Origin: Octopus vulgaris
Taxonomy: Eukaryota
Direction: 5' to 3'
DNA length: 64,000 nucleotides
NCBI GenBank assembly: GCA_951406725.2
Contig: OX597840.1
Location: 2,480,001-2,544,000, forward strand
Shown: positions 11,072 to 23,858 of the stretch, piece after piece
How positions within the stretch are numbered: position 1 is the first letter of the stretch
Layout of the letters: each line of letters begins with the position of its first letter
Notes under the pieces: generated by a model
What the model saw: the letters and a program-made list of their open reading frames with translations, nothing else
Database searches by the model: none
What the model was told of the DNA's origin: nothing
Position numbers and translations under genes: made by a program

Positions 11072-11702
11072 TAATATATGATAAAACTTTTCGAAAAAAT
11101 TCTATCAAAGGCCACCATATTAAAAAATACTTTTAAAGGTTAAATTTATAAACAACTTATAAAAAATTCTAATGTCAAATATGCCGAAAATAGACAAATC
11201 GTAAATAACCATATAATTTATCACTATAAGCCCGCGTCTCGAAGTAAGCCGATAAAAATTTCTAAGAATTTTCTCCTCGTCAGCGATAAATACGGTAAGT
11301 CATAAATGAAATACTTACCTATACCCATGGAAGAAGCAAACACTAAGTCATGAGCACACCTAAGCACCCCAAATATATCCAAAATAGAAATTCTCCAGCA
11401 TACTTCGAGACCCGTATGATAGGACTGAAAAGTCTCATAGAGTGAGACAAACCGGAAGTGAACACTATTAAATTTACATCTAATATAGGATAAAATTTTT
11501 CGAAAAAATTCTATCAATGGCCAGCATATTAAAAAAATCCTCTAAAGGTTAAATTTATAAAGAACTTATAAACAAGGGCAAAAGAAAAAAAGTTCTAATG
11601 CCAAATATGCCGAAAATAGACAAATCGTCAATAACCATATAATTTATCACTATAAGCACGCGTCTTCAAGTAAGCCGATAGAAATTTCTAAAAAATTCCG
11701 TC
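11072..11702. repeat. ~409-bp unit present about 1.5 times in tandem
   Basis: 11072-11275 repeats at 11481-11702 (TAATATA.GATAAAA.TTTTCGAAAAAATTCTATCAA..TAAGCCGATA.AAATTTCTAA). Confidence 0.9.
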
Positions 11703-11744
11703 ATTATCGTATCGGTCCCAATTTCAGAGTTGACTCATAAGAAT

Positions 11745-11873
11745 AGTACTTATTCATAAGCCGGGTACTTATTCTATCGGTCTTTTTCGCCGAATCGCTA
11801 AGTTACGGTGACGTAAAGACACCAGCATCGGTTGTCAAGCGATGTTGGGGGACAAACACAGGCACACAAACAT

Positions 11874-11906
<33 letters not shown>

Positions 11907-11913
11907 TATATAT

Positions 11914-11996
<83 letters not shown>

Positions 11997-12157
11997 TACA
12001 TATAGATATACATATATATGACGGGCTTCTTTCAGTTTCCATCTACCAAATCCACTCACAAGACTTTGGTCGGCCCGAGGCTATAGTAGAAGACACTTGC
12101 CCAAGGTGCCACACAGTGGGACTGAAATCGGAACAATGTGGTTGGTAAGCAAGCTAC
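11745..12157 (-). mobile_element. SINE family A with internal (GATA)n expansion
   Basis: rc match; the central microsatellite contains (GATA)n. Confidence 0.88.
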
Positions 12158-12271
12158 ACGCACACAGATAAAATCAGACATATAAAAAGGATATTATATA
12201 TAGTGGAGTGTGGGGTCCTGCTGCTATCTATCTATCTATCTATCTTTATTGTTTCTTTATAGTTTCTTTAT

Positions 12272-12345
12272 AGTTTCTTTATTGGCCACACAGGGCTGCT
12301 TGTCCCATCTGTGTGCAGCTCTGAGTGGCCAATAAAGAAACTTAT
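12272..12345 (+). mobile_element. Extreme 3' tip of the Tx1-like LINE, with inverted duplication, within (TATC)n
   Basis: CTTGTCCCATCTGTGTGCAGC..GTGGCCAATAAAGAAACTTAT matches 28523-28568. Confidence 0.8.
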
Positions 12346-12360
12346 ATATCTATCTATCTA

Positions 12361-12405
<45 letters not shown>

Positions 12406-12430
12406 GTGGTTTTGTCTCTAAATAATATTA

Positions 12431-12477
<47 letters not shown>

Positions 12478-12815
12478 ATGTGTGTGAGTGTGTGTGTGTG
12501 TGTGTGCATGTGTTTGTCCCCTAACATCGCTTGACAACCCATGCTGGTGTCTTTACGTCAACGTAACTTAGCGGTTCGGCGAAAAAGATCGATAGAATAA
12601 GTCTGGTCATGCTGCAGCGGCTGTTATTTTTTACGTCAGTCAAGCTCAGTCTATGTAGCTGAATACAGTCTCAGGTAATTCTTGTGTTGTTAAAACGTTG
12701 CTTTAACCTGATTTCCGCGACACAGTATTATGTGGTCTTCACATCTTTGACTACGTTTCATTTGGAGGAAACTGTAACATGTATTTATAGACGCACACAC
12801 ACAACCAACGAACAA

Positions 12816-12851
<36 letters not shown>

Positions 12852-12872
12852 CAAGATGTGTCGGTTCGTATT

Positions 12873-12925
<53 letters not shown>

Positions 12926-13084
12926 GCATACGTGTTTGTATGCGTACCTATATACATATGCATGTGTGTAGATTTCGAAATGTACATATATAGCATATGT
13001 ACATGTATGTATACATATATTCACACTTTTGTTTTTATATGCATATACAAAACACTCACGTACTTACATTAGCCTGCATACCTC

Positions 13085-13355
<271 letters not shown>

Positions 13356-13864
13356 GTATCTTTAAGTTCCTCCCCTCTCTCTCTATATATATATATATAC
13401 ATATATATACATATATACATACATATGTACATACATACACACTCACACACACACAAACACACACGAGTATATATATATATATACATATACATATATACAA
13501 ATTGAATAAATGTCTCCCTCCCCTTCCAACGCAACCACCAGCATCATCGCCACTATCAGCACCATTCCACCAACCTTCCAACCGACCTTCCCGCCAACCA
13601 TCCTCCACCACATACACTTTTGATTTAATAAATATATTTAAATCTCTCACTACCCTCTCTTTTATAGCACTAAAGTCTTTGATATTCAGCTTTTAAATCT
13701 CGAAAAGAATATCGAAATAAAAAGAAGACAAAAAAACGTATATATATAAATAAATCTGAAAATTCTTCAACAAATTCTATATCGTACCTAATTCCATTTT
13801 CGTGAAAGAATGAGCGTAAGTAATGTAGCATAAAAGCGGCGGCGGTGGCGTACACGGGGAACAA

Positions 13865-15637
13865 GGTGGTGGTGGCGGCGGCGGAGGTGACTGTGGTGGT
13901 GGTTGTGGTGGTGGTGGTTGTGGTGGTGGTTGTGGTGGTGGTAGTCGTCGCAGTTGTGGTTCTCCTGGAGGTGGTGGTGGTTTTGGTAGTGGTGTTGTAT
14001 TGGTGGTGTGGTGTTGATGCTGGTGATATGGAGGTGTTGATGGTGTTGGCGGTTAGGGCAGTTGTGGTGGTGGTGGTGGTTGTGGTGGTGGTAGTCGTCG
14101 TCGTTGTGGTTCTCCTGGAGGTGGTGGTGGTGGTTTTGATAATGGCGGTTGTGTGGTGTTGTATTGGTGGTTTGGCGTTGAAGCTGGTGATATGGAGGTG
14201 TTGATGGTGTTGGCGGTTAGGGCAGGTGTGGTGGTGGTGGTGGTGGTGGTGGTTGTGGTGGTGGTTGTCGTCATCGCAGTTGTGGTTCTCCTGGAGGTGG
14301 TGGTGGTGGTGTTGGTATTGGTGATTCCGGTGGTGCTGTTTTGGTGGTGGCGTTGATACTGGTGATATGGAAGTGTTAATGGTGGTAGCGGGTAGGGCAG
14401 TTGTGTGGTGGTGGCAGTGGTTGTCGTCGTCGTCGTTGTGGTTCTCCTGGAGGTGGTGGTGGTGGTGCTTTTGGTAGTGGTGGTTGTGTCTGTGATTCCG
14501 GTGGTGTTGTGTTGGTGGTGACGTTGACGCTGGTGATATGGAGTTGTTGATGGTGGTGTCGGTCGGAGCAATTGTGGTGGTGGTGTTGGTGGTGTTGGTG
14601 GTGTTGGTGGTGTTGGTGGTGGTGGTGATAGTGGTGTTTGTTGTAGCGGCCGTCGTCGTAACAGTGGTGCGGGTGGTGGTTCTGATAGTGCTTGTTAGTG
14701 GTAGTACTGGTGGTGATGCTTCTGATGTTGGTTGTATAGTGGTGTAGGTAGTGGCTCTGTTAGTGAAGTTGTTGGTGGGGGATTGGTGGGGCGGCAGTGA
14801 CGGTCATTGTGATGGTGGTAGTAGCGGTGGTAGCAGTGATTGGTGGTGGTAGTGGTGGTAGTGGTGGTGGTGGTGGTGGTTGTGGTTGTGGTGGTGTGGC
14901 AGTGGTGGTGGTGGTTGTGGTGGTAGTGGTGGTTGTGGTGGTAGTGGTTGTTGTGGTGGTGGCAGTTATGGTGGTGATGGTAGTGGTTGTTGTGGTGGTG
15001 GTTGTCGTGGTGGGGGTGGTGGTAGTGTTGGTTGTGGTCGTGGTGGTATGGTCGTCGTCTTCATCGTCGATATTATGGTTGCCGCGGATGTGGTAGTGGT
15101 GGTGGTGGTGGTAGTTAACGTGAATGTAACGTTGTAGTGGATACGTAGGTAGATTTGTAATGCTGGTGGTGACAGTGGTGGTGGTTGTACTGGTAATATT
15201 TGCGGTGGTTGTGGTGTTCTTGGTCATGTAATCATTATAATTTCTTTCATAATGGTGATGGTGGTAGTGTTGATGTTATTGATGATGATGATGATGATGA
15301 TGATGTCCACCACAACGACGATGATGATAGGGGATTATGATGATGATGATGGTGATGATGGTGGTTCCGTCAAGTTTCTTTTGACGATGATTATGAAGAG
15401 GAGGAGCAGCGGAGGAGGACGATTATGATGGTGATAATAATGAGAACAAACATGATGCCGATACTGCTGCTGCTGATAATGATGATGATCATGATCATCA
15501 TCATGATGATGGTGGGGATAAGGAGAGGCGTATTAGGAGGAGGAGGAGGAGGACGACGACGACAACAATGATGTTGATGATGATGATAATGATGATGATG
15601 ATAATGATGACGATGATGATGATGATGATGATGATGT

Positions 15638-15669
<32 letters not shown>

Positions 15670-15793
15670 ATGATGATATGATGACGATAATGATGCCTCC
15701 TCCGACGACGACGAGGAAGATGATCATGATAATGGTGGGGATAAGGAGAGGAGGATTGGGAGGAGGAGGATGAGGAGGACGACGACGACAACA

Positions 15794-15829
<36 letters not shown>

Positions 15830-15845
15830 TTGATGATGATGATGT

Positions 15846-15885
<40 letters not shown>

Positions 15886-16206
15886 AAGATGACGATAATG
15901 ATGCCGCCACCTCCTCCGACGACGAAGATGGTGATGATCATGTTTCATGATAGCCATTGTGGCGGCAGAGGCGGAGTAGGAGTCGGAGTCGGTGGCGGTG
16001 ATTGTATTTGTGCTGATGTTAGAAGAAAACGAATCCGAAATTCACAAAATAAAACGCATTAAACAACAAAAAAATATATATATATAAAACAAATAAAGAA
16101 AGATATAACATAGCAAAATCCACAAAAGCACAACAGCAACAGTAACAATTATAAATGGAAAATATAAAAAAAAAACAACGAGCAAACAACACTAAATTGA
16201 AATTAA

Positions 16207-16237
<31 letters not shown>

Positions 16238-16298
16238 AAGAAGAAGAAGAAGAAGAAGAAGAAGAAGAAGAAGAGGAAGCAGAGGAAGAATGATGATG

Positions 16299-16365
<67 letters not shown>

Positions 16366-16427
16366 TAATAATAATGATAATAATAATAATTATTATTATA
16401 ATAATAATAATAATAATAATAGTAATG

Positions 16428-16458
<31 letters not shown>

Positions 16459-16592
16459 TAATAATATAAATAATGATAATAATAATAATAATAATAATAA
16501 AAATAATAGTAAAAAAATAATAATAATAATAATAAAAATAATAATGATGATAATTATAATAATAATAAGAAGAAGAAGAAGAAGAAGAAGAA

Positions 16593-16651
<59 letters not shown>

Positions 16652-17350
16652 CGATGATGATGTGGATGATAATAATAATAATAATGACAATAATAATAAT
16701 AATCGCAACAATTGGATGACAAAAAAAATCTTGAAGACATTAAAGAGAAGAATAGAATAGAATAAGATAAATGAAATAGGAAGGAAAAAAAGGAAAGAAA
16801 GGAGGAAAGAATGAAGATAACATTTAATTAGATAACACCGGCATGTCTGGAGAGGATTTTGAAACTTTAATATAATAATATTGCCGGGAAATAGGATTAT
16901 GTCGGTGGTTGTGGAGGCGGTGGTGGTGGTGGTGATGGTGGTGGCGGCGGCGGTGGTGGTGGTGGTGGTGGTGGTGTCGGTGGTGGTGGTGGTGTCGGTG
17001 GTGGTGGTGGTGGTGGTGGTGGTAGTTATGATGGTCGTGGTGGTGGTGGTGATGGTGTTGGTGTTGGTGGTGGTAGTGGTGGTGGTGGTGGTGTCGGTGG
17101 TGGTAGTGGTGGTGGTGGTGGTGTCGGTGGTGGTGGTGGTGTCGATGGTGGTGGTGGCGGTGGTGGTTTCGGTGGTGGTGGTGGTGGTGTCGGTCGTGGT
17201 GGTAGTGGTGGTGGAGAAGGTGGTGGTGTCGGTGGTGGTGGTGGTGGTGGTGTCGGTGATGGCGGTGGTGGTGGTGGCGGTGGTGGTGGCGGTGAAGGTG
17301 TTGGTGGTGGTGGTGGTGGTGGTGGTGGTGTCGGTGGTGGTGACTGGTGT
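13865..17350. repeat. Large trinucleotide low-complexity block: (GGT)n, (GAT)n, (GAA)n, (TAA)n, (GGT)n
   Basis: Directly visible; includes internal 150-230 bp duplications. Confidence 0.95.
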
Positions 17351-17752
17351 TGTTGGGGGTGGACAGAAATAGACAGGTGATGAGGAGAGGATTGGTGAGA
17401 GGGGTTGCAGGGCGAGAGAAAGAGTAAAGAGAAGAGAGAGGGAAAGAGCAGGCAAAAATAGAAAAAACAATAAAACGATATGCATACACACACATACACA
17501 CACACACATACACACCTACATATATATATTCGGTTCTAATCTAGAAACGAATTCGTCCATAATTAATCCAATAGGCTGGGATTTCGTTGTCTTCTTTCTC
17601 TTTACCATATACGAGTTACAAATTCTGTTAGTTTGTGGAGACTGTTTTACTAGTAGTAGAAATAGTGACCTATCTGGCTGCTATTTCTAATATTTTCGGT
17701 ATGTGGTTTTGAGCAATTTGTGGCAATTAACCCTTTATTATATATTATATAT

Positions 17753-17840
<88 letters not shown>

Positions 17841-17849
17841 GTATATATA

Positions 17850-17914
<65 letters not shown>

Positions 17915-17915
<1 letters not shown>

Positions 17916-18123
17916 AAGTTAATCCAAACATGAAAACACAAAGAGAAAACACAACAACGCGAGGACGTGGAACAAATATAGTATTATTGGACGCTCAGGA
18001 AAGAAGGAAAGAAGGAGGTTTTAACGTTTCGAGCGGAGCTCTTCGTCAGGAACATAGGAAGAGGAACGATCCAAGGAAGGGAAGATGGAGGAAAAAAAGT
18101 CGCCAACAATACACACACGGTCA
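17915..18123 (-). mobile_element. PLE-derived short element P2 with intact-core hammerhead
   Basis: Minus strand CUGACGA-aGAGC-ucc-GCUC-GAAAC-GUUA^AAAC at 18049-18018. AACGUU palindrome. 3' end GGATTAACTT next to (TA)n. Confidence 0.75.
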
Positions 18124-18734
18124 AAATCCTGGTTACATATATCTCAGAGCTATCGGAACCAGGGAAGTAGTAAATTATCCAAACGAGGAGTAGACCGGAA
18201 GCTACACTTCAGGCCAAATATACTTTGATTATATAATGGTATGATCATAGTATCCTTAACCTGAAGAATAGCTTGCGGAGTACTCCTGGTTTGGATAATT
18301 TACTATTTCTGAGGTTTCTTGTTTTCGTATACATTCGCTGCTTTCTTCCAATGAGTGTAATGTTCTTAGGTCAATTATTCCTTGGGCCTGGCCAGATTGG
18401 AGCAATCTCGATTAAAACCAGCCGAAATTGAATAATTTACTATTTCCGAGGTTCCGCTACCTATGAAACATATGTAGCCCGAATTTTATCTTCTCCATTC
18501 CCTAATTTTTTAATGTTTATTTGCATATACAAGAACCATTGTAGTTAACCGTGGGCTGTAACATTAACTATTTCTCAGCTTATCGTACTTTGATATGGGA
18601 AAAGTCCATAAACGTCTACGCCAATAAACCATTATTGCTCCTGAAAGTTGTTTTTTGTATCTTCGACGGATTGCTTCAAGCTTCCTACATCTTGAGCCTT
18701 GGATCTTACCGTTACATACACATAAAAACATACA

Positions 18735-18768
<34 letters not shown>

Positions 18769-18775
18769 CATATAT

Positions 18776-19232
18776 AGTAACACCCACCCTTAGTGGTTAG
18801 CCATATTGAGATGGCTAGTATACTTTACGTTGTCGAGCGGTTACTGTTTACATCTCATTCAGAGATTTATTATTGCTTGCAGACAGTTTTTCGAAATCAG
18901 TGACGAAAGTTACTAGAAAAACCTATAAGTATTTGCAAAAAGGTCTTCCTTTCATCGTAAACCGGCGATTACCGTACCTTGACAGGAGGCAAATTACCTT
19001 GAAACTGCAGTCCGTGCGTATCGCTTAGGTTTACGAGAGAGGGATGACCTCCATTGGCAAATACCATAAGGGCACAGAAAGTGTGCCTAAAGCCTGCTGG
19101 AGACGATGATCTCCTGGGGCTAAAAGCTACAGTAACACCCACCCTTATTGGTCAGCCATATTGAGATGCTTATTATACTTTACGTTGTCGAGCGGTTACT
19201 GTTTACATCTCGTTCAGAGATTTATTATTGCT
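18776..19232 (+). mobile_element. Retrozyme-like family R, 355-bp unit present 1.29 times
   Basis: 18776-18877 repeats at 19131-19232. Hammerhead fold at 18973-19018. Flanked by TA/TACA repeats. Confidence 0.75.
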
Positions 19233-19245
19233 ATATATATATATA

Positions 19246-19387
19246 TGTCTACCAAATCCACTCACAAGGCTTTGGTCGGACCGGGGCTATAGTAAAAGAC
19301 ACTTGGCCAAGGTGTCACGCAGTGGGACTGATCCTGGAACCATGTGGTTGGTAAGCAACCTATATACCACACAGCCACTCCTACGCC
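19246..19387 (-). mobile_element. SINE family A head
   Basis: rc match to the A head. Confidence 0.85.
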
Positions 19388-19404
19388 TATGTATACAACG
19401 ATAA

Positions 19405-19639
19405 ACGTCGCCCTTTTCAAACCTAGCCAGGCTCATGGGCCCGGTTTCCCGGTTGATGTGGTTTATGTGTTCCCCCTTGCTGTGGCCACTGGCAGCATTA
19501 CTCAAGAAACAGGAAGAGAGAGTGAGAGAAAGTTCCTCGTGGAACTTTTAAGTCTTTTCGCTCAATAAATACACACAACGCCTGGTCTGGGAATCGAAAC
19601 CGCGAGTCCGTTGCCCTAACCACTGGGCCATTGCGCCCC
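19405..19639 (-). mobile_element. Diverged, deleted SINE family C-related copy
   Basis: rc GGCGCAATGGCCCAGTGGTTAGGGCAACGGACTCGCGGTTTCGATTCCCAGACC tRNA-like head; CTTTCTCTCACTCTCTTCC and AACCGGGAAACCGGGCCCATGAGCC as in 21152-21443. Confidence 0.75.
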
Positions 19640-19659
19640 CACACACTTATGTATATATA

Positions 19660-19709
<50 letters not shown>

Positions 19710-20479
19710 TTTTTTGTCTGTGTTTGTGTGTGTGTGTGCATGTGTATACATAAGAACATATATGTATGTAGGTATACACATTTGCAATGAGCTTTCTGCA
19801 AATTCAGTCAAAATAAATTGGCTGAGGCGGGAGTATCGTCGAAGGCACTTACCGAAGGTGCGGCCCTATAGGAACGAACCTGAAACCACGTAGTCACAAA
19901 TCAATCTTCTTAACCATAGAACCATGCTTGGTGCTTATATGCAATAGTAATAATTTCATGTTTCAAGTATTCCATGGAGACGGAATGCCAATGAATTTAA
20001 TATTGTTATTACATTAAGATATATTTGAAATAAATCTGAAAGAAACGTAACGTTTGTATATTTGGTAAAATATAGGTTATTAGTAACAACTAGTGGCCGC
20101 ACGTGAAAATTCCACAGAACAAAAAAAAAATAAGAGAAGCTATTGAAGAAAGATAGAATGAGTTGCATTTTTATTTTGCTAAGATATTTCACTTCCAGTC
20201 AGAATAAAATATTATATGAATTTAAAAATTTCCGTCTGCTAAGCAATTTATATTTCTTTCCTTCTGTCTACCAGTTCAACGAACTCTTTAATCATGTAAT
20301 TTTCCTCTTCAAGTCTTTAATATTTCTCTCTTTCTTTCTACCCTTTCAACAGACATTTTACCGAAGTAATTCCCCGTTTCATGCCTTTTAAATTTCTCTC
20401 TTTTTCTTCAGCTTTCCCTCCTCCCCCCTACAGCAACTCGCTAAAACTTCTCTCTCCCACAATTCTCCCACCGTCTGAA

Positions 20480-20894
20480 GGCGGCGAGCTGGCAGAAACG
20501 TTAGCACGCCGGGCGAAATGCGTAGCCGTATTTCATCAGGGGCTACGTTCTAAGTTCAAATTCCGCCGAGGTCGACTTTGCCTTTCATCCTTTCGGGGTC
20601 AATAAATTAAGTACCAGTTACGCACTGGGGTCGATATAATCGACTTAATCCGTGTGTCTGTCCTTGTTTGTCCCCTCTGTGTGTAGCCCCTTTAGGGTAG
20701 TAAAGAAATAAGTATTTCGTCTGCCGCTACGTTCTAAGTTCAAATTCCGCTGCGGTCGACTTTGCCTTTCATCCTTTCGGAGTTGATAAATTAAGTACCA
20801 GTTACGCAGTGGGGTCGATGTAATCGACTTAATCCCTTTGTCTCTCCTTGTTTGTTCCCTCGATGTTTAGCCCCTTATGGGCAATAAAGAAATA
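20480..20894 (+). mobile_element. SINE family B head-to-tail dimer with 18-bp TSD
   Basis: GGCGGCGAGCTGGCAGAAACG..GTTCAAATTCC..GCCTTTCATCCTTTCGGGGTC. TSD ACAATTCTCCCACCGTCT at 20459-20476 and 20895-20912. Confidence 0.9.
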
Positions 20895-21151
20895 ACAATT
20901 CTCCCACCGTCTTTTCTCCTTTCTCTTCGCCTCTCTCTTTAACTCACACCGTGCTGCATTTGGTTAGTGTATTATTATACTCCTCTCTTCTTTCTTCACC
21001 ACTGATGTTTCTCCCCCCCCCCTCTCTCTCTCTCTCACTTGTACTCCCCTTGTCACTCAGTCCAACTTTCTAACTAAATTAGAGAAGGCGAACGAAAAAG
21101 CAGGTTATTTTATAGACATTACTTTTTAGTTATCATTAAATTACAAATAGT

Positions 21152-21748
21152 GGAGGTACATGGCATAGTGGTTAGAGCAGCGGACTAGCGGCCGAGGGAT
21201 CGCGGGCTCGAATCTCAGACCGGACGATGTGTGTATTTATGAGCGAAACACCTAAGCTCCACGCGGCTCCGGCAGAAGGTAATGGCGAACTTCTGCGGAC
21301 TCTTTCGCCACAACTTTCTCTCACTCTTTCCTCCTGCATCTTGCAGCTCACCTGCGACGGACCGGCGTACCGTCCAGGTGAGGAACCTATACATCAAGGA
21401 AACCGGGAAGCCAGGCGTGACTCGAGAAGGAACAAACAACAACATATATATATGTGTGTGGAGGTACATGGCATAGTGGTTAGAGCAGCGGACTAGCGGC
21501 CGAGGGACCGCGGGTTCGAATCTCAGACCGGACAATGTCTGTATTTATGAGCAAGACACCTCAGCTCCACGTGGCTCCGGCAGAAGGTAAAGGCGAACTT
21601 CTGCTGACTCTTTCGCCACAACTTTCACTCTTTCCTCTTGCAGCTCACCTGCGACGAATCGGCGTCCCGTCCAGGTGAGGAACCCACACCCCAAGGAAAC
21701 CTGGAAATCGGCCCTATGAGCCAGATGAGGCTCGAGGAGGAACAAACA
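21152..21748 (+). mobile_element. Two tandem tRNA-derived SINE family C copies
   Basis: GGAGGTACATGGCATAGTGGTTAGAGCAGCGGACT..GGTTCGAATCTC heads at 21152 and 21460; (AAC)n-type tails; ATTACAAAT at 21140-21148 and 21750-21758. Confidence 0.9.
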
Positions 21749-21869
21749 TATTACAAATGAAATATCGGTTGTAAATAATGTAAATGATGTACATAATTTC
21801 TCATCTCTTAAGTATAGAACTGTACTATAAATAATAGTCAGAGAGAGTGAGAAAGAGCGAGAAGAAGGG

Positions 21870-22275
21870 AGAGACAGAAGGAGAAGAAGAAGAAGAAGAA
21901 GAAGAAGAAGAAGAAGAAGAAGGAGAAGGATAAGAAGAAGGAGGAGAAGGAGGAGGAGAAGAAGAAGGAGGAGAAGAAGAAGAAGATGAAGAAGAAGATG
22001 AAGGAGGAGGAGGAGAAGGTGGAGGAAGGAAGAAGAAGAAGAAGAAGAAGAAGGAGAAGGATAAGAAGAAGGAGGAGGAGGAGGAGAAGAAGAAGAAGAA
22101 GAAGAAGAAGAAGAAGAAGAAGGAGGAGGAGGAGAAGAAGAAGAAGAAGAAGAAGAAGAAGATGAAGAAGAAGGAGGAGGAGAAGAAGAAGAAGAAGAAG
22201 AAGAAGAAGAAGAAGAAGAAGAAGAAGAAGAAGAAGAAGAAGAAGAAGAAGAAGAAGAAGAAGAAGAAGAAGAAA
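21870..22275. repeat. (GAA)n/(GGA)n polypurine tract
   Basis: Directly visible. Confidence 0.95.
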
Positions 22276-23030
22276 ACTGGGCCCAACAGTGGTCAGCGTG
22301 ACCTCCAGGTACATTTCGGCCTTTTGGGGGCTTTTGAAAAGATCGAACGTGCCACCAACCATATAGTTACACGAAAATTAGTCGTCTCTGATATGAGAAA
22401 AGTGAAAACAACAGTCACTGCTATTTATTTATTCATAACCTTTCAAGCTTTTGTATTCGAGTAATTAATCTTTAGTCATCAACCTTATAACAATATGCAA
22501 ATGATTTTGGGCCTCGGTTCATAGTTGTTTACATTATAATAAATAGCCCCCAGTCATTAACACCATCAGTTAATGAAGTAGATTTTCGCTATAGAACTCG
22601 TCTTCAAAACTAGACAATTAATAATTAAAGCGAAATTAATAGCGAGAAAAAACAATGCCCGAATCGAATCAACGTTTATATAACATACACCAGCCAGAAA
22701 CAATAAAAAAAATATTAACCAAATTAGCGCTGATAGAAAGCCGCCAACGTTTACAAGTTAAATCACGGTGCTAATGACAGCACTAAAATAACACCAACGC
22801 CATTTTGTTCAGACGACTATATATGGAATTTTAGTAAACGAGGCACCAGCGCCAACAGGTTTTGCCAAAAGTTGAAAGACAGAGGGTCTAAAAATCACTT
22901 TTATTAATGTCGATTTTACCGTTTCAAAAAATAATTCAAAGGGAACTCTGATTAAAAGAAAGCAAAGATAACTCTTTGTAGGGCTATCCATCTGTCTGTC
23001 TTTCTACCTACCTACATACCTATGTATGTA

Positions 23031-23178
<148 letters not shown>

Positions 23179-23254
23179 ATATATGTGTGTGTGTGTGTGT
23201 GTGTCTGTGTGTGTGTATGATCGGCATGGTTGACTGCTAGCTACTAAAGCCTTC

Positions 23255-23555
23255 TTTTTTATACCCTCTCTGTTTATTTTCCCGTCTTCCTTTCAGTTGA
23301 AGTGCATAGGCTCGAAACGTAAAAGACATTCTCACCTTCCCGAACGTTAAACTAATACACCTCTTTGTTGTTTGTACATACATATATACATGTAGGGAGA
23401 GTTTATGGAAAAAACAAAAGACGAAGACAGGTGGTGTACAAAACAAACAGATGTATTAGTAAAACGCTCAGGAATAGAAAAAGTCTTTTACGTTTCGAGC
23501 CTACGCTCTTCTACAGAAAGGGACACAAAAAACAAGGAGAGACACAAGGAGAATA

Positions 23556-23612
<57 letters not shown>

Positions 23613-23820
23613 AGAGTTTACGAAAATAAACAAAGGACGAAGGCAGGTGGTGTACAAAACAAACAGATGTATTAGTATAACGCTCAGGAATAGAAAAAGT
23701 CTTTTACGTTTCGAGCCTACGCTCTTCTACAGAAAGGGACGCAGAAAAAAAACAAGGAGGGAAACAAGGAGAGAAAAGAAGAGAGAAAAGAGGAGAGAAA
23801 AAAATGTGTGTAGTGGCTAA
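23255..23820. mobile_element. Cluster of three P1 copies (one +, two -) separated by TA-rich repeats
   Basis: + copy 23255-23378; - copies 23393-23552 and 23608-23820; all contain GGCTCGAAACGTAAAAGAC. Confidence 0.75.
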
Positions 23821-23827
23821 TACATAT

Positions 23828-23858
<31 letters not shown>

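Noticed and set aside
16019-17515. 498-aa and overlapping poly-T/H/P/V ORFs (mucin- or extensin-like)
   Set aside because: Translations of (GGT)n, (TAA)n and (GAA)n tracts, open in several frames on both strands, with no domain or splice context.
21152-21225. tRNA gene-like sequences (also 55150-55222 and 4803-4870)
   Set aside because: A/B boxes are present, but they continue into multicopy SINE bodies with no proper acceptor stem.
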